Shown here: positions 15,109-28,795 of the stretch, piece by piece
How positions within the stretch are numbered: position 1 is the stretch's first letter
How the letters are laid out: the number at the start of each line of letters is the position of its first letter
Assembly (NCBI GenBank): GCA_023213395.1
Contig: CM041465.1
Coordinates: forward strand, 129,525,741 to 129,589,740
Direction: 5' to 3'
Length of the DNA: 64,000 bases
From: Cycas panzhihuaensis
Taxonomy: Eukaryota > Plantae > Cycadophyta
The notes under the pieces: generated by a model
Told to the model about the DNA's origin: nothing
The model's input: only the letters and a program-made list of their open reading frames with translations
The model's database searches: none
Translations under genes and position numbers: made by a program

Positions 15109-15216
15109 TACTCTATCTCATTCATGAAAATGCCTTATGGGCACAGAAGGACAAGAGTAAGTCTCTACTCTATTCCATTCGTGAAAATCCCTCGTGGGCG
15201 TAAAAGGATAAGAGTT
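15109..15216. repeat. 57-bp tandem duplication inside element D
   Basis: tactctat..cattc.tgaaaat.cct..tgggc...aagga.aagagt at 15109 and 15166. Confidence 0.75.
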
Positions 15217-18200
15217 GTATCATTTTGGAAAATTAGAATTTATGAAAACCTAAAAGGGCATGGGGGATGACCAAATGGTATATGGAGACTCAGTAAATTT
15301 CAACTACAAAATTCATTGTATTGATTGGTTATCTGGCTTCATTTAAAGAGCCACCTAAGTCAGGTTAGTATGTTAGAAAATCTATGGGTTTTCTTCCCCA
15401 TGAGGGTTTCCCACAAAAGTGTCATAGTAGTTTGCTTTGTAAGAGGCTCAAATAAAAATATCATAGGATAGAATAAAATAACATGAAATGATCTTCTACC
15501 ATTAAGGGGGAGATTGAAAAGGATTAATGTCACAAGGTTATTACACTAGTTGATTATTTATAAAAAGGGTCTTAAGTGAATTTTAAATTAGACCACTTAA
15601 GTGAAATACACTTTCATGTGCATTATGTGTAATTTCATTTTACCTAACTCTAATGCTCCCTCAATATAAAAGTAAAAGCTTAATGGAGGAGGCTCATTCT
15701 TACCTCCCCATTTTGTGAGAGCTACTTTCTTTCTCTGAAGTTTCTCTTGCTCCCATGTTTAGCTTTGTGTTTAGTGGATAAAGATAAAGTATAGATCCAC
15801 TCTTTTCACAAACTTATGTGGACAAAACACCTAAACCTCAAGAACCAAGTTGAGGAATGGTGGAGTATCCCAGTGGAGGGGCATGTTATGTTTAAGTTCT
15901 CAAAGAAGCTAAATTATGTGAGAATGTAAATCAAAGCCTAAAACAAAGAAGTCTTTGACAATATTTTTGATGTAAAAAGCTAGCTTTTAGGAGAGCTAAG
16001 AGAGATTAAGGCAAGAATTTAGGAGGAAGGTAGATCCCTCACTCTGGACCACTTGCAGCAAACGGCTATCAGGAACCTGGAGGAAATATTGGCCAAGGAG
16101 GAAATCCATTAGAAGTGGAAGTTGAGGGCCCTCTAGTTGATAGAGGGGGATAGAAACACAAAATTCTTCCATATGACAACCCTCAAACATAGATCTTGTA
16201 ACAAAATAAACAAATTGATGAGCAATAGGGGAGTTGTTCAAGAGATGGAAGAGGGTATTAAAGTCATTGTGGTGCACTACTTTAAGAACTTATTTGAATA
16301 ACCTAACTGTCAGGAGGCAGACTTAAGAAGGGAGCTAATAGGATATATCCCTAAGTTGATTAAGGAAGATCAAAACAGGTGGTTGAAGGAACCTTTCACT
16401 ATGGAGAAGGTGGAGAAGACCCTCTTTAATATGGGGTAGGACAAAGCCCCTATTGCAGATAGTTTTCCTTTGAGTTTTTACTAAGAATTTTGGGACATAA
16501 TCAAGGAAGATCTAAAACTAGCCTTGGATGAATTTTATAATAAGAAAACAATCTTAAAGGAGTGGCATGCCACTTTCCTAGTGCTGATCCCAAAGAAAGA
16601 AAGAGCAAAAGCCATGGAGGAGTTCAGATCGATAAGCCTCTGTAATGTCAAATACAAAATCTTAGCTAAGACTCTAGCCAATATATTAAAGGAGTGCCTA
16701 TTGTTGATTATTTCCCCAAATCAGGACAGATTCATGAAGGGTAGACAAATTTTGGATGGCATTACATTAGTCCAAAAAATAATCCATGCAATCCACCACA
16801 AAAGAGAAGCTGGTATGCTTGTAAACATTGATATGTCCAAAGCCTACGATAGAGTAGCATGGGATTGCCTAATGGATTATCTTCAGGCGTTTGGGTTTAA
16901 CGAGATATGGAGGGAATGGATGATAATTTGTATCTCCAAACCACAATTTTCTATTTTGATAAATGGCATCTCGACTCCTTTCTTTCCTAGTTTCAGAGGG
17001 TTGAGGCAAGGGGACCCTTTGTCCCCCTACCTCTTTATCATTATGGTAGAAATTTTAGGGAGAGTTATTGAGGAGGCCAAGAGGAAAGGGTAGGTTATTA
17101 GACTAAATCCTACATCTAATGTAAATAATATTGTCCATCACCAATTTGTTGATGACAACATTCTCTTAGGAAAGGTGGCCATGGGGGAAGCCAAAGCCTT
17201 TAAGATTAGACTCCAAGCCTTTGAGAGAGCCATAAATCAAAGAATAAACCTAGAAAAAAGCTCTGTCTTCTTTATAAATATCCATGAGAGACTACAAAGA
17301 AAGATAAGTAGGGTGTTAGGGATGCTAATAAGATCTCTATCATCTACCTATCTAGGAATGCCTATGTTCATTGGGAATATGAGAAAGGACCTCTGGAATC
17401 CCATTGTAGATAGGATGCAAAGGAAACTAGCCAGTTGGAAAGGAACCCTTCTCAGCCAAGCTGGTAAGATTTAGTTGGTGTCAGCTTCTCTACAGAGTAT
17501 CTTGATGTATATGATGTATATTTTCAAGATCCTAAGTAGGGCTATATCAATCTTAAAAGGTATACAAAAGAGATTTTTGTGGTCCAGAACTAAAGAAAAT
17601 GATAGAATCCACCTAGTTGCATGGGACAAAGTTTATATGCCTAGATGGGTTGGGGGGCTTAATATCAAAAGATTTGCCTCTTTTAATAGAGCCTTGGTGG
17701 CCAAGTTGGGTTGGAGATTGACGAAGGAGGAAGGAGGATAGTGGGGCAAGATCATTTCTAAAAAATATTTGGGAGGAAAGCATTTTTTGAAAGATAAGGC
17801 AGGGGAGGTATACGAATCGCTAATATGGAGGAGTTTAGTCCACTCGAGACCTATCTTGGCCTCAAGCATGAGATGGAACGTAGGGAATAGGGAAAGCATA
17901 AAGTTCTGGGAGGATAAATGGTGTGGTAATTATCAATTAAAAGATAGCCTAAGCATCAGTCCCATACAAGCCGTCTATGAAGACATATATGATCCTAAGG
18001 TCAAGAATTATTAAGAGGGACAAGGTAGAGATAAAGCCTAGAGATCTTTCAAGGAGTTGTAAGGGATCTAGGAATGGGGGGAGAATATTCGAACCTTAAA
18101 AAGAGAGCTTGATCAACACTACATTCCAAAAAGGCCTAAAGCATATGTGGTCATATGGGCTAACTCTCCCTTAGGGGAGTATATTGTGAAGGATGGATAC

Positions 18201-18445
18201 CAAGCCATATGTACAGAGGAGAGGATTGAAAAGGATCCTTTTCTAGTAGGGGTGTGCAAGCTGGGTTTAATACCTAAGGTGGTAGTCTTTTGGTGGTTAT
18301 GCCTGAAAAAAAAGATCTTGACAGTTGACAACCTCCACATGCATGGTATTGCCATGCTAAATAGATGTGTGATGTGCAAGAAGGACGAGGAGATGATTAA
18401 TCATAACAACATTCATTGTCCTTTTGCTAAAAGAGTCTAGGATGG

Positions 18446-21015
18446 TGAAACACTGCCCATGGGGTGATTCCTACGCTTAGTAAGAAATGGGTTGAGCCAA
18501 ATGACAAGGACTCACCTCGCAAGGCATCCATGTGTCGGAGCGCAGATTCAAGACCTGCAGAGGTGCCTAGTTGATTCTAGGTAGTCACACAAGGCGAGGC
18601 CTTCCTACCCCTCAGATGGCCAGGAAGAGGGAGAAAGGGCCTAACAGGTTGTGTCTTCTCAAGTAAGTGAGAAGGCAACAAGTGAGTGAGAGGTGCATGT
18701 AAAGTGGTGTCTAGGTGTAGGCTGGTCAAGAGAGTAAGGCACGGATAGCTCTAGCTTGAAAGGAACTATCTAAGTGTAGTAGATTAACCACTAAATAAAG
18801 GATACGTAAAGTATGAGTATGCATTCTTTTTTTCTTTTCAGTTTCCTAAGTGTTGCTTAACATGCATGCATATGTATAAAGAACAACGCTAAAAGGAAAG
18901 GATGAAAAGAGGAAAGGAGTACCTGGACTGGTGTCTAAACGGAGCGCTACGTGTCTCTTCGCTTCTCGTGCCTTCTTACTCCACTTGCTGCACACGTGGG
19001 ACCACTCGGCGATGGTTACCGTGAGTAACCAAAGCAGGGCTAGCTTACCTCCCCTTAGTATGCAAAAGTAAAGCAAGATGGCAAATGAAGGAAAATAACG
19101 GAAAAACAACAAATATGAAACTAACCTACAAGTGGGCTCGTTTCATACGCAACACTACAAGCGCAACATCCAATCTAGTAAACAAATAGGTTTCTCCCTC
19201 TCGGAAGAGGGGCCACAAAATAGATCTAATATATGTACCTAAACTTAGAAAGGGCATAATCAACTTAAATCAAGCATGTACATATTATTCAATGAAAAAA
19301 TAAATCCAACAAGATCTCTGTAAACAATCATTCCAACTAACACCCAAAACAAGAGAGTAGCCTCAAAATGGCTAACTCACCCATGAAAGGTCTCCACTTG
19401 GTCTCCAGAAAGGAAAATGAACTCACAACAATAACATAGGGTAGCAAACAACCAGAAAGAAAAGTAACGGGAAGGTATGCAAGCGCACCCAGAGAACGAG
19501 ATGCTATGGGCAGCAAATCGTCCAAGTGGATGGGCTGCAAGTTATGAACTGGCAAGAAGCGGTTTTGGGGCTTATGCGGTGCCTAAAACCAACAAACAAA
19601 AATCTGAAACCAGCATGGCAATGGGCTGCCAATGCTAGTTTAGTTTTGGAAGGAGGCTTCTAGATTCCCTAACCTGACTTCTAGGGAGGCAAAAAAGGCA
19701 AGGGGAAAGAGAATAAGGGACTGGACCCTTGGGGAGAAGGACAGCAAGGGGGATTGACCCCGCCTTCCTCCCTCTAATTCTCTTTATGTTACCCCCCTGC
19801 AATAGCCACCTAAAAGTAGGCTTACAGGAATGATGGGGGAAGCACTATGGTGCAAAAAGCAAGAAAACTAGTGCTAAATGGGTATAGCATCAAAAAGCAC
19901 ATAAACTAGGAACTTACTCACAAAAAATGCAAGAAAATAACATACATTTCAAGGCAAACAAAGGAAAGTACCTTGTTGTGAAGAATAGGAATGTGTATTT
20001 ACTGGAAAACAGCAGAAAAACCCTGCACTTAGCAAGGTTTGATGGCAAGTTTGGAGGAGGAGACCAATATGAGAGAAATCCTGGTGATTTGGGGCCCTTT
20101 GGGGCTTGTTCCTTGGAAGACCTTGAGAAGTGTCCTTCTTGTAACTTTGTAGACCTGTAAAAAGATGTTTGAGCTTACTGTTCCTGAGCATGAGAGACAG
20201 TAATAGTCTTTGGTGAAAAGCGGCAGCTAAAAGTCTTGGTTTGGCAATAGTTTCTATGAAAGATTTTGTAGAGTTGCATGTAAAAATAAGCTAGGAAGAT
20301 TGGAAAATGAAGAAGTCTTTTGGTTTTATCCCTTACTCACTGTAAGTGAACATTGGGGATCTCAGGGCAATTCAAACGTGTGGGTGCCACGTGGCAGTTC
20401 CGTGAAAAAAGTGGGAACTATAGCGCAATTTTAAAAAACTTTTTTAAACAGTCGTACCGCGGTAAACTTCGTGGTACCACGGCAAAGATCGTGGTACCAC
20501 TAAGTTTACAATGGTATGAGCCTAAAAATAAAATTAAGGCTAAAACAGGGGTTTGGAGCTAAATGAGGAGCAAATCAAGGCTGGAAACAGCTGGGAGGGA
20601 GTACCTAGGTGGCTAATAAGTGGCCAGGGAGGAGAACCGGGTCTCAACCAAGGATTCGATCATACTTGGAAGAAACCAAAACATGAACAGGGCATTGTCA
20701 AAAGATGAAACACGACTGGCTAAGGCATCCCGAGGGGTCGTGGAGATGATGTGGGTGGCTGTGTGCCATATGGGGTGTAGCATTTACTACAGAATGCCCC
20801 CAATGTGGGTCGTCATAGGCTGAAAGGCGTGCAGTAAGCACATGCAGAGTGATCAAGCAAGAAGACAATGTAAGCATACAAATGGCAAGCAAGTCTGCGT
20901 CAAGCAGTATACAGTAAATAACCTCGATCAAGCAAGGGCAGAGAGAAGCAAGAACATATACCTGAGCTTACCTAAGTCGATGCATCTCAAGTCCATTCTC
21001 AGTAGCCAGGAAATA
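18446..21015. mobile_element. Element E: 2.57-kb insertion, probable solo LTR of a Gypsy-type element
   Basis: Perfect 5-bp TSD GATGG (18441-18445 and 21016-21020); termini TG...TA (decayed CA); no internal terminal repeat or recognisable coding domain; L1 frame rejoins across it. Superfamily is inferred from size only. Confidence 0.75.
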
Positions 21016-22108
21016 GATGGTATTTAGTCCCAACTAGGGATATCGTGGGTGAGCTCAAGGACCCTTGAAGATCAGTGGAGGATATGGAAATCTCCCTTTA
21101 GGTGTAAGACTTTGGGATCTCTCTAGAAAATGATCTCGCCAATGGTGGTATGGAACATTTAGAAAGAGCAAAATAAAAGATTATTTTAAGGGAAGGAATT
21201 AGATGAGGTTAGGCTTTATGAGATGATACATTCAGTGATAGCAGAATTGATCAGAGCTTGGGATGAGAAAAGTATTTTGGTAAGGGAAGGCAGTATCATG
21301 GATAGATGGAGAATAAGAAGACCTAATATAATTAGGGTTAAAAGAATAGAATGCTCTTGGTGCCTGCCTATAGACAATTGGGTTAAAATAAATTTTGATG
21401 GGACATCTAAAGGCAACCCTGGTGAGGTAGGTAGGGGAGGGTTATGCAAATACCCAAATGGTAGAGTGAGGTGGGCCTTTGTGGAATATTATGGTAATTA
21501 GACAAACAATAGGGCCAAATTGAAGGCCATGCATAAAGTAATCCTTGTGGCTAAAGAGGATGACTACGACAAGGTGGTGATCCAAGGAGACTCACTAAAT
21601 GTGATCAGGATTCTCAGAGGGGATACTGAAGCAGACTAGCATAACACAGATATGGTGAGGGACACTCAAGAGGCTTTGAGGTCTAAAGTGGGATCTCAAA
21701 TTTACCATACATATAGAGAGGGTAATGCAGTAGTTGACTAGCTCACCAATTGGACGGTCTCAAATAAGAGCAACAGGGTCTAAAAAGAAAACTTCCTAGA
21801 GGAGCTTCTGAGTCTAGTTAGTATGGAAGTGATAGCCCAAGGAGGGGCAAGCTAGTTATTGGATTAGTTATGGATTATATGGTTAAGGTGATTAGGATGT
21901 TCTAAGTCTAGCTAGACCATGGGCTTGTCATGGCATCCTGCTATAGCCGAGAGCCAGATCTTGTAAAAGGTTTGGGGACCTTTTCAAATCCCTTCAATTT
22001 TTACCAAATCAAAAAATAAGAGTATTTAAAAAGAGGTCCTACCTCTTTCTAATATGGGACAATGATATAACTATCATCAACTACAATAGCCAAAAATACA
22101 TGATAAAT

Positions 22109-22250
22109 GACTCTATGGCCTTATAAGGATACTATAGCCTCAAATTACCTCTATGGTCTTATAAACATGCCTCTATGGGCTTAAACATGACACATTGGAC
22201 TTACAATGGCCACTATGGGCTCTCAATTACTTTTATGGGCTTAAATATAT
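22109..22250. repeat. Degenerate ~20-bp tandem array (about 7 units) in element C
   Basis: Recurring ctctatgg(g)ctta(a/t)a units. Confidence 0.65.
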
Positions 22251-25075
22251 CTAATATAATGTTATAAATATGACCAAAAAATAGATATGACCCAATAATA
22301 ATAACTATGATTCTCTCTAAATGATAAATTTTAATAATTTTAATAAATATGGGTTCTCTAAAGCTTAACATGAACTTATATAATAAATTTTACATTTTAC
22401 CCCCATATTTGGGGTATATTATATCAATATAATATGCAATAAATGTAGTGGAACCTCTAAAAATACATAAATGGGCCTAGAAATGCTAAAAAATATGATT
22501 AAAAAGAAGTTTTAAAAGAAAATTTGACTCTAAGCTAAAATATTTACATCATATTAGCTCTAAATTATATCAAGTGACCTGTAAACTCAAGAGCTCTAAG
22601 TTATGAATCTAATGCAACTAACAGATCTGAAATCAGAGTCTATATAATCAAGATATAGTTAAAAGAGTGATAATGACTCCTTAAGGAGCTAAAAATAGGA
22701 GTGTGTCCCCTTTCACTAGCACGTTGAGGTCTCATGGGATTGTCATATGACCAGGGGCTAACATCAAGGGAGCTAATATGGATTTGAAAAAATGTGAAAT
22801 ATAATTTAATTTATTCTTAATAATGTAAAAATAATTAAATTTACCCTAATTTAATTTTATATTTGTGTGCCCACAAATCTCAAAAACTATTCAATCAAAT
22901 TAAATTTCATAAAAAAACTTTGTAATTTTTTTTACTTTCAAAGATCGATTCATCAAATAGGTTTTTCATACCAAAAACATTTGTTTGTCTACACATGATG
23001 AGGTGATTTCTGCATGCACCAAATCACATGCAATAGTAACGACGATGACTATACATTCATCAACCTCTTTGCTTCTAATACCTTCATTTTCTCTTATATG
23101 TGTTCTTGCCTTTATGTTCTAGTGGCTAAATTGTGCTCTACCCTGCTCTAGAGTTTGGTGGGCTATTACATCTTTGTAATCATGAAGGATATGCACGATG
23201 ATGTTTGCTTCTAGTCAAGGCATCTGCTACACTAATGATGTCCTGCCTTGATTATAGATAATGCCTCTTTATTTTAGGGATCTATAATAGTGGCACCTAC
23301 TCCATTCTACAAATTCTACAAACTCTTTTGGGGTATCCTCTAAACGTTCTTAGTGTCATATATTCCATGCTATGCAAGAGGCCAATTCATATATAACCCA
23401 CAACAAGTTCCATTGATGCATGTATAAGCAAGCGAAATTTATTCTATGGGAAAGAGTTTGGCTCTCCTCCTCTTCTATATGTTATCTCAATGCACACCAC
23501 ATTATGTGTAGGTTGGTTGTAGGGGTTGCCTCCATGTATATATATTCTTTCCATTCTCTTCTAATAGTTATCTCCTTTGGGACCGTCTCTTCATTGTCTT
23601 ATGGAACAACTTGCCACTATATGTACATATACATATTTTCCAAAGCCCTTACAAGGGTTATTTAACTTTTTTTTTTCTTATATAATAATTGGGATCCTCT
23701 TTAACTAAAGATACTTTTTTTTTTTTTTTTTCCATGTCTGTACTCCATATATATTTGCAGGGATTTTAATTTTTTTTTCTTTTTCCTTTTTTTCTATAAC
23801 CCCTACAACATATTAAAAAGAGGGCAAAAAAATAATAGACTCAAAGTACAAAAATAATTCTCAGGCCCATTAACAACAAAAAATATATCCCTTTGTTTTG
23901 TGCTCAATAGGGACTCCACATTGCATTTCTAAGGGTAGAATCTCATGCCTTAGTATACATTCAAAAAAGGGCCAAATACAACAGATTAAAACCCTTAAAT
24001 AATTTTTCAAATAATAGAAAAAAACTCTACAAGGTTTGTTAAAACAAGCAAATATTTTGATCAATAAACCTTTTGTTCATTATTTTTTAAAAAGATAATA
24101 AATTACTCAACTATAGACAATTTTTTTCCAAGAATATGGAGTTATTTCTAGCCCTAGACAGCTAAAAAATCTCTTTTAACTGTTGTTATACAATTTCTCT
24201 GCATTATGGCCACTAGCTTACAAGGAGATTACCATAGAAGCAACTAAGTTTAACTTGATTCTTCAACTTTAAAAACAAATTTTGTGGTCTCAACATAAAT
24301 TGCATGTATTATAATCTTGGGTACCCACAAGCATAAGATACTAGTCATAAAATACCTTCATTTAGTAGCTTCAAATAGTCTCAAAAAAATAATAATGAAT
24401 CAACTCTTTTGTAGCTTTTATATAGACCCTAAAATACTTAAAATATTGTGGTAAAATTCCTTTTAAAACTTCAAAAAATAACTCTAAATGTCTTTTGAAA
24501 ATAGCAATAGTAAAAACCCCAAAAATATATTAAAAACAATAGTAAAATAACCTTCAAAGATATTAATATTTTAGAAATTTTCATTCAAATAAAGTCCCTA
24601 AATTTGCATTTTTTATAGGTCAAAATATACACTAAAATAGGTTCCTAAAATAGCATAAATAAGGCTCTAAAATACTAAATGAATAAGCTTAAAAAACCTA
24701 TCCTCAAGGATTGAACCTTATGCTCCAATACTACTATGTTAGAAATAAGGTGTGAAGTTAATGGGGCCCCAACAATAAATAAGAAGTAGTAAGTGAAAGA
24801 ATAATGAAATGAAGCATCAAACAAATAAAGCATGTACAAATTAGATATAAAGTTAGTGGAAGAATGGCCAAACTTTAAATTATGTAAAGATTATGTACAT
24901 ACTTATAATATAACTTACCATATATATAAGAATCTTCAAAGTTAATTATTATGTGATACTACACATTTCTTTATGGCAGGTAACCCAAAGTGGCCTACGA
25001 TATAAAATATAACAATATATGAGAGTGTGTAAATGAGAATTAATCATGTAATTAGATATTACATCTAATAAAAAG

Positions 25076-26953
25076 AAATGGAAAGGCATAGGGTATATGT
25101 GAAGAACTTGCCACCTATGTTTTAGGTAGAAGTTATTAGGACTATCATTTATTTCTTAAATAGGCACTAACAAAAGTAATTCATAGCCAGACCACTAAAG
25201 AAAACTAGAATAATCATAAACTTACTATTAACCATTTAAAAACCTTTGGATGCATTTCATATATGCACATACTAAACAAAGATCATAAATAATTAGATTA
25301 AAAGTGTTTGAAGTGTATATTTATAGGGTATTCAAATTAAAATAAAGCTTGTAGATTGTGGGATCTATAGGGGAGGAAACTTGTGATTAGTCGAGATGTA
25401 ATATTTGATGAGCCTATGATGTATCATGCTAACAATATATTATCTAAAGAAACCTTTTTATCCCCTACTGCTTCTATTTTCTATTGGTGCTTCATTAGCA
25501 TAAGAGGTCAAGAAACTAAGTGTTATGATTTAGAGGGAAGAAGAACTAAGTGGAGAAGGTGATAATGAGTCATTACATGAGGAGGTACCAATAATACCTA
25601 GCACTTAGATGTCATTGTGGGTTGAGGATGATTAAGGATTCAAGTGTGATATTACAAAATATTATACATGGGTAAAAAATGAGGAGCCAACATGTTAGTC
25701 AAACTCTGATGGTTTATACCATGAACTCCCATGACCTTGCTTTGTATGATGAAGTAAAGTATAATCCTTGTTAAAGAGCTACTATGGAAGGGGAATCTGG
25801 TTCTCTAATAAAAAATGCCATATGGGACTTCGTCTATAAGACCAAGTTCCACTCTTATGGAGAGGTGAAAAAGTATAAGGTGAGACTTGTTATGTAGGGG
25901 TTTAGGCAAAAAGAAGGGATTAATTATAAGGAGACATTTACACTAGTCTCCAAGATGATAATAGTCATCTTGATCATTTTATTGCCAATAAAATATAATT
26001 AGGAGATATACTAGATGGATGTAAAATCAGCATTCCTTAATAGAGAGTTAAAAGAGGAGATTTACATGGAATAATTTCTTATTTTTTTAATGAAAGAAAA
26101 AGAGCATCTTATGTGCCATTTAAAAAGGTCACTGCATGGCCTGAACTAAGCATCATATTCATGGCATGCTAAAATTGATGTTAGATTAAAAGAAGAGAGA
26201 TTTATTCCCAAAGATTTAGAACCAAATTTGTATATCTGAAGGAAAGGAACTTCAATAATAGTTATCATATTATATGTTGATGATTTATTCATTATTAGCA
26301 ACTATAATATGATTATTATGGGAATAAAATTCAATTTGGTAGTAATTTTTGATATGACAGATCTTGGAGTTCTGCACTACTTCTAGGGGATTATAGTAAG
26401 GCAAATGAAAGATAAAATTTTGGTGCCACAAATAAAATATATGAAGAGCCTACTTGAGAAGCTTAATATAGAGGACCATAAGCATGTTAGAACATTGTAT
26501 ACTAAAGGTAATAAGCTATTGAAGGATGTGAAGAAGCTTGTAATAGATAGAATGTTGTCTAAATAATAAATAGCGATTTTTATCTACTCGGCTTATACCA
26601 AGCTAAATATTATGTATACTATTAAGTTGGTTTCTCGTTACATGTAGAATCCCCAAAAACTACATTAGGTTACTACAAAGAGGATTATGAGGAATGTGAA
26701 GGGAACTTTACATGTTAGTCTGGAGTACCTTTATCATGGAGAGACACAATTAGTTAGAGATATTGATGTAGAGTAGGGTGGAGACATCGATGACTTTAAG
26801 TCTATTATTGAATACATTTTTGCTATTGATAATGGACCTATTTCATAGCATCCTAAGAAATAAAAGAAAATTATATTATATTCCATTAAGGCTAAGTATC
26901 AAGCTCTATCTATTAGTGTGAGGGAAACTACACGGTTATAAGGACTACTTGAT
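25076..26953 (+). pseudogene. Element B 3' integrase, RT and 5' RNase H (decayed)
   Basis: KCIFIGYS, ISRDVIFDE, QKEGINYKETF, MDVKSAFL, LYVDDLFI, DMTDLGVLHYF. Confidence 0.92.
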
Positions 26954-27179
26954 TGCAATAGATCTCACGTCTACTACTAGAAATATATATAAGTTAGATA
27001 AACATTTGTTTAAGAAACATATTTTATTATATTTAATTAAAAAATATAATGAGTACATATGATTTTAGGGGTATGTAAATGTCAATGGCATACCCCTTTG
27101 ATAAGTCATAACCTTAAGTCATATCTTTTAAATAACTAATTTATTATTATATTTAGCTATAAGGTTTGCAATAAGTCCC

Positions 27180-28795
27180 TCCTATTTTAAAATGCTTTGG
27201 CCTCAAAGCATGGGAAAGCTTCAGGAAATTCCTATATATAGGCACAGAGTATTTTCTTAGTTGATCATTCATTAATTATTACTGAATTGGTCTTTTATCA
27301 AGGAAATGTACATGGAGTATAATTAAGAAATATAACCTACTTCTCCTTTGCTTCCTTTTGATATACGAGTGTTTTTAGATTTGGTCAAAGAAATTATGAA
27401 GAACTTGTAGAGCCTTCTATTCCATAAAAAACAAATGAAATTCTAGTTATGGTTCAACATATATATTCCCAACTTCTTAAGCCATTCAACCCCAAGTATA
27501 ATATCTATATATCTTATGAGAAAGGTACAATAATCAGTGTAAAAGATGAGGGTATTAATTTAAATGTGTTGGCCAATGAGCTTTACATTACTATTTATCC
27601 CTTTGTTACCTAGAAACATTATCTAAAAAATCTTAGATCTATCAATGAAAAGGCCCAAATGGTTTGCAACCTTAGCGTTTATAAAATTATAAGTGCTTCC
27701 TAGGTTGATAAGAATAACTAACTTTTCCTTGGATAGGAATCCCTATAGTTTGATAGTATTAGATTATGGGATGCCCCCGGGAGATGGTTAATCATTAATA
27801 ATATTAATTTCATTATTATCAAATTCTACTACATAAATTTGATTTCATCGCAAACATAACTTAAGGTGCCTTGTAAATTATTTTTCACCATAATACTATC
27901 ATTTTTTATTCAAAATCACCTTTTCAGACTTTGAAGCATGCATTGTAAGTAAATGTTAATTTCCAAAACCAAGTCATTTCCTAAGAGGAATATATCGATA
28001 GGTTTGTGCTTACTACTTGACTTCAACTTGACTTGTAAGACTAATGACTTTCTGTAGTATAGTAGGCTAAAACATTTTGACTTTAGCGTTGATGTTAAGC
28101 CACAAGTTAGCTTGGTAGAATTGTATTATTTCTTCATATAAAATGGTCATTTTGAGTAGGAGTTTCTCAAAACGTTTAGTAAATTTCTTGATTAATGAAT
28201 CATATTAAAAATAGTGTGATACTTGGACTTCATATAGAGTAGCATTTGGTATTTCAACTTGTTGGCATATGGCATTAAAAAAGTCACCCCAAAAAATGTA
28301 ACTATGATTTAAATAGTATTTTTGTGCTCATGTAAAGATAGGTCCTTTTAAATGGTTAATAGTGAGTCTAGTTTTTCCACCAAGACCATTAATTTTAAGA
28401 TCCTGGAATGTGACTTTAAAGTTGGTAATCTATTCTTCATAATCAATTGTAACTTTGATACTAAAAATAGGAATAATAAGTTGCCTTTTATGTTAAATAA
28501 TTACTTGATTATTGTTATTGCCTTAGTTATCATGAGACTCAAGAGTTTCCAATCTAGAGTCATTTTATTTTAACATAAGTTTTTTAATCTTGTCATTCAT
28601 CTGCACCATCTATTTCTCAATGTCATTGAGATGAGTATTAACATCATTGTTAGAGTCTCCCTTGTTTGTTCTTCTTTATTTTTTCTTATATTCTATTATA
28701 TTAGGTTTTATAGAGTGAAAACTAAGCTCTACAGTCTAATTCACAAGTTGCTTAGTAAGTTGGTCAATGCCCTTTAGGATTTAACTTTCTAGCAT
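27180..28795 (-). pseudogene. Gypsy gag (Retrotrans_gag-like) plus aspartic protease in a single decayed frame
   Basis: My translation: HLKGPIFT*AQ..FWGDFFNA..FTKRFEKLL..VKMF*PTILQKVISLTSQVE, knuckle remnant YYGEK*FTRHLKLC, protease LVILINLGSTYNFI and DIILGVEWL, ending FPML*GQSILK at the PPT. Confidence 0.85.

Larger units (their letters stand above)
14263..15808 (+). mobile_element. Element D: 1.55-kb TRIM-like non-autonomous LTR element
   Basis: LTRs 14263-14560 and 15515-15808; PBS tggtatcagag at 14563; PPT ttaagggggaga at 15502; perfect TSD CAAAC; host L1 frame PFRFK|LMW rejoins. Confidence 0.93.
13519..21855 (+). pseudogene. L1a ORF2 (endonuclease, RT, zf-RVT, RNase H), interrupted by D and E
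   Basis: SDHSPL, FRSISLCNVKYKIL, DMSKAYDRV, GLRQGDPLSPYLF, HQFVDD, CVMC..E...H...HCPF, WVKINFDGTSKGNPG. Confidence 0.92.
11709..22015 (+). mobile_element. L1a: full-length decayed L1-clade LINE with two nested insertions
   Basis: 13-bp TSD ataagagtattta (11696-11708 and 22016-22028); 5' UTR, ORF1, ORF2 and A-rich tail; collinear with L1b. Confidence 0.92.
11075..25070 (-). mobile_element. Element C: non-autonomous LTR element (~3.7 kb net) with no recognisable gag or pol, host of L1a
   Basis: LTRs 11075-11408 and 24737-25070 align; PPT complement ttcctccctataat at 11409; decayed PBS complement gctccaatacta at 24722-24733; host integrase resumes after 25075; TSD degenerate (aatgg/aaaag). Confidence 0.85.

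Noticed and set aside
18846-21027. Short ORFs within element E
   Set aside because: No recognisable domain, both strands, and expected by chance in GC-richer LTR DNA.
27191-27703. Long stop-poor plus-strand frame with an upstream TATA-like sequence, suggesting an antisense gene in element F
   Set aside because: It is the shadow of the minus-strand protease frame (LINLGSTYNFI, DIILGVEWL).
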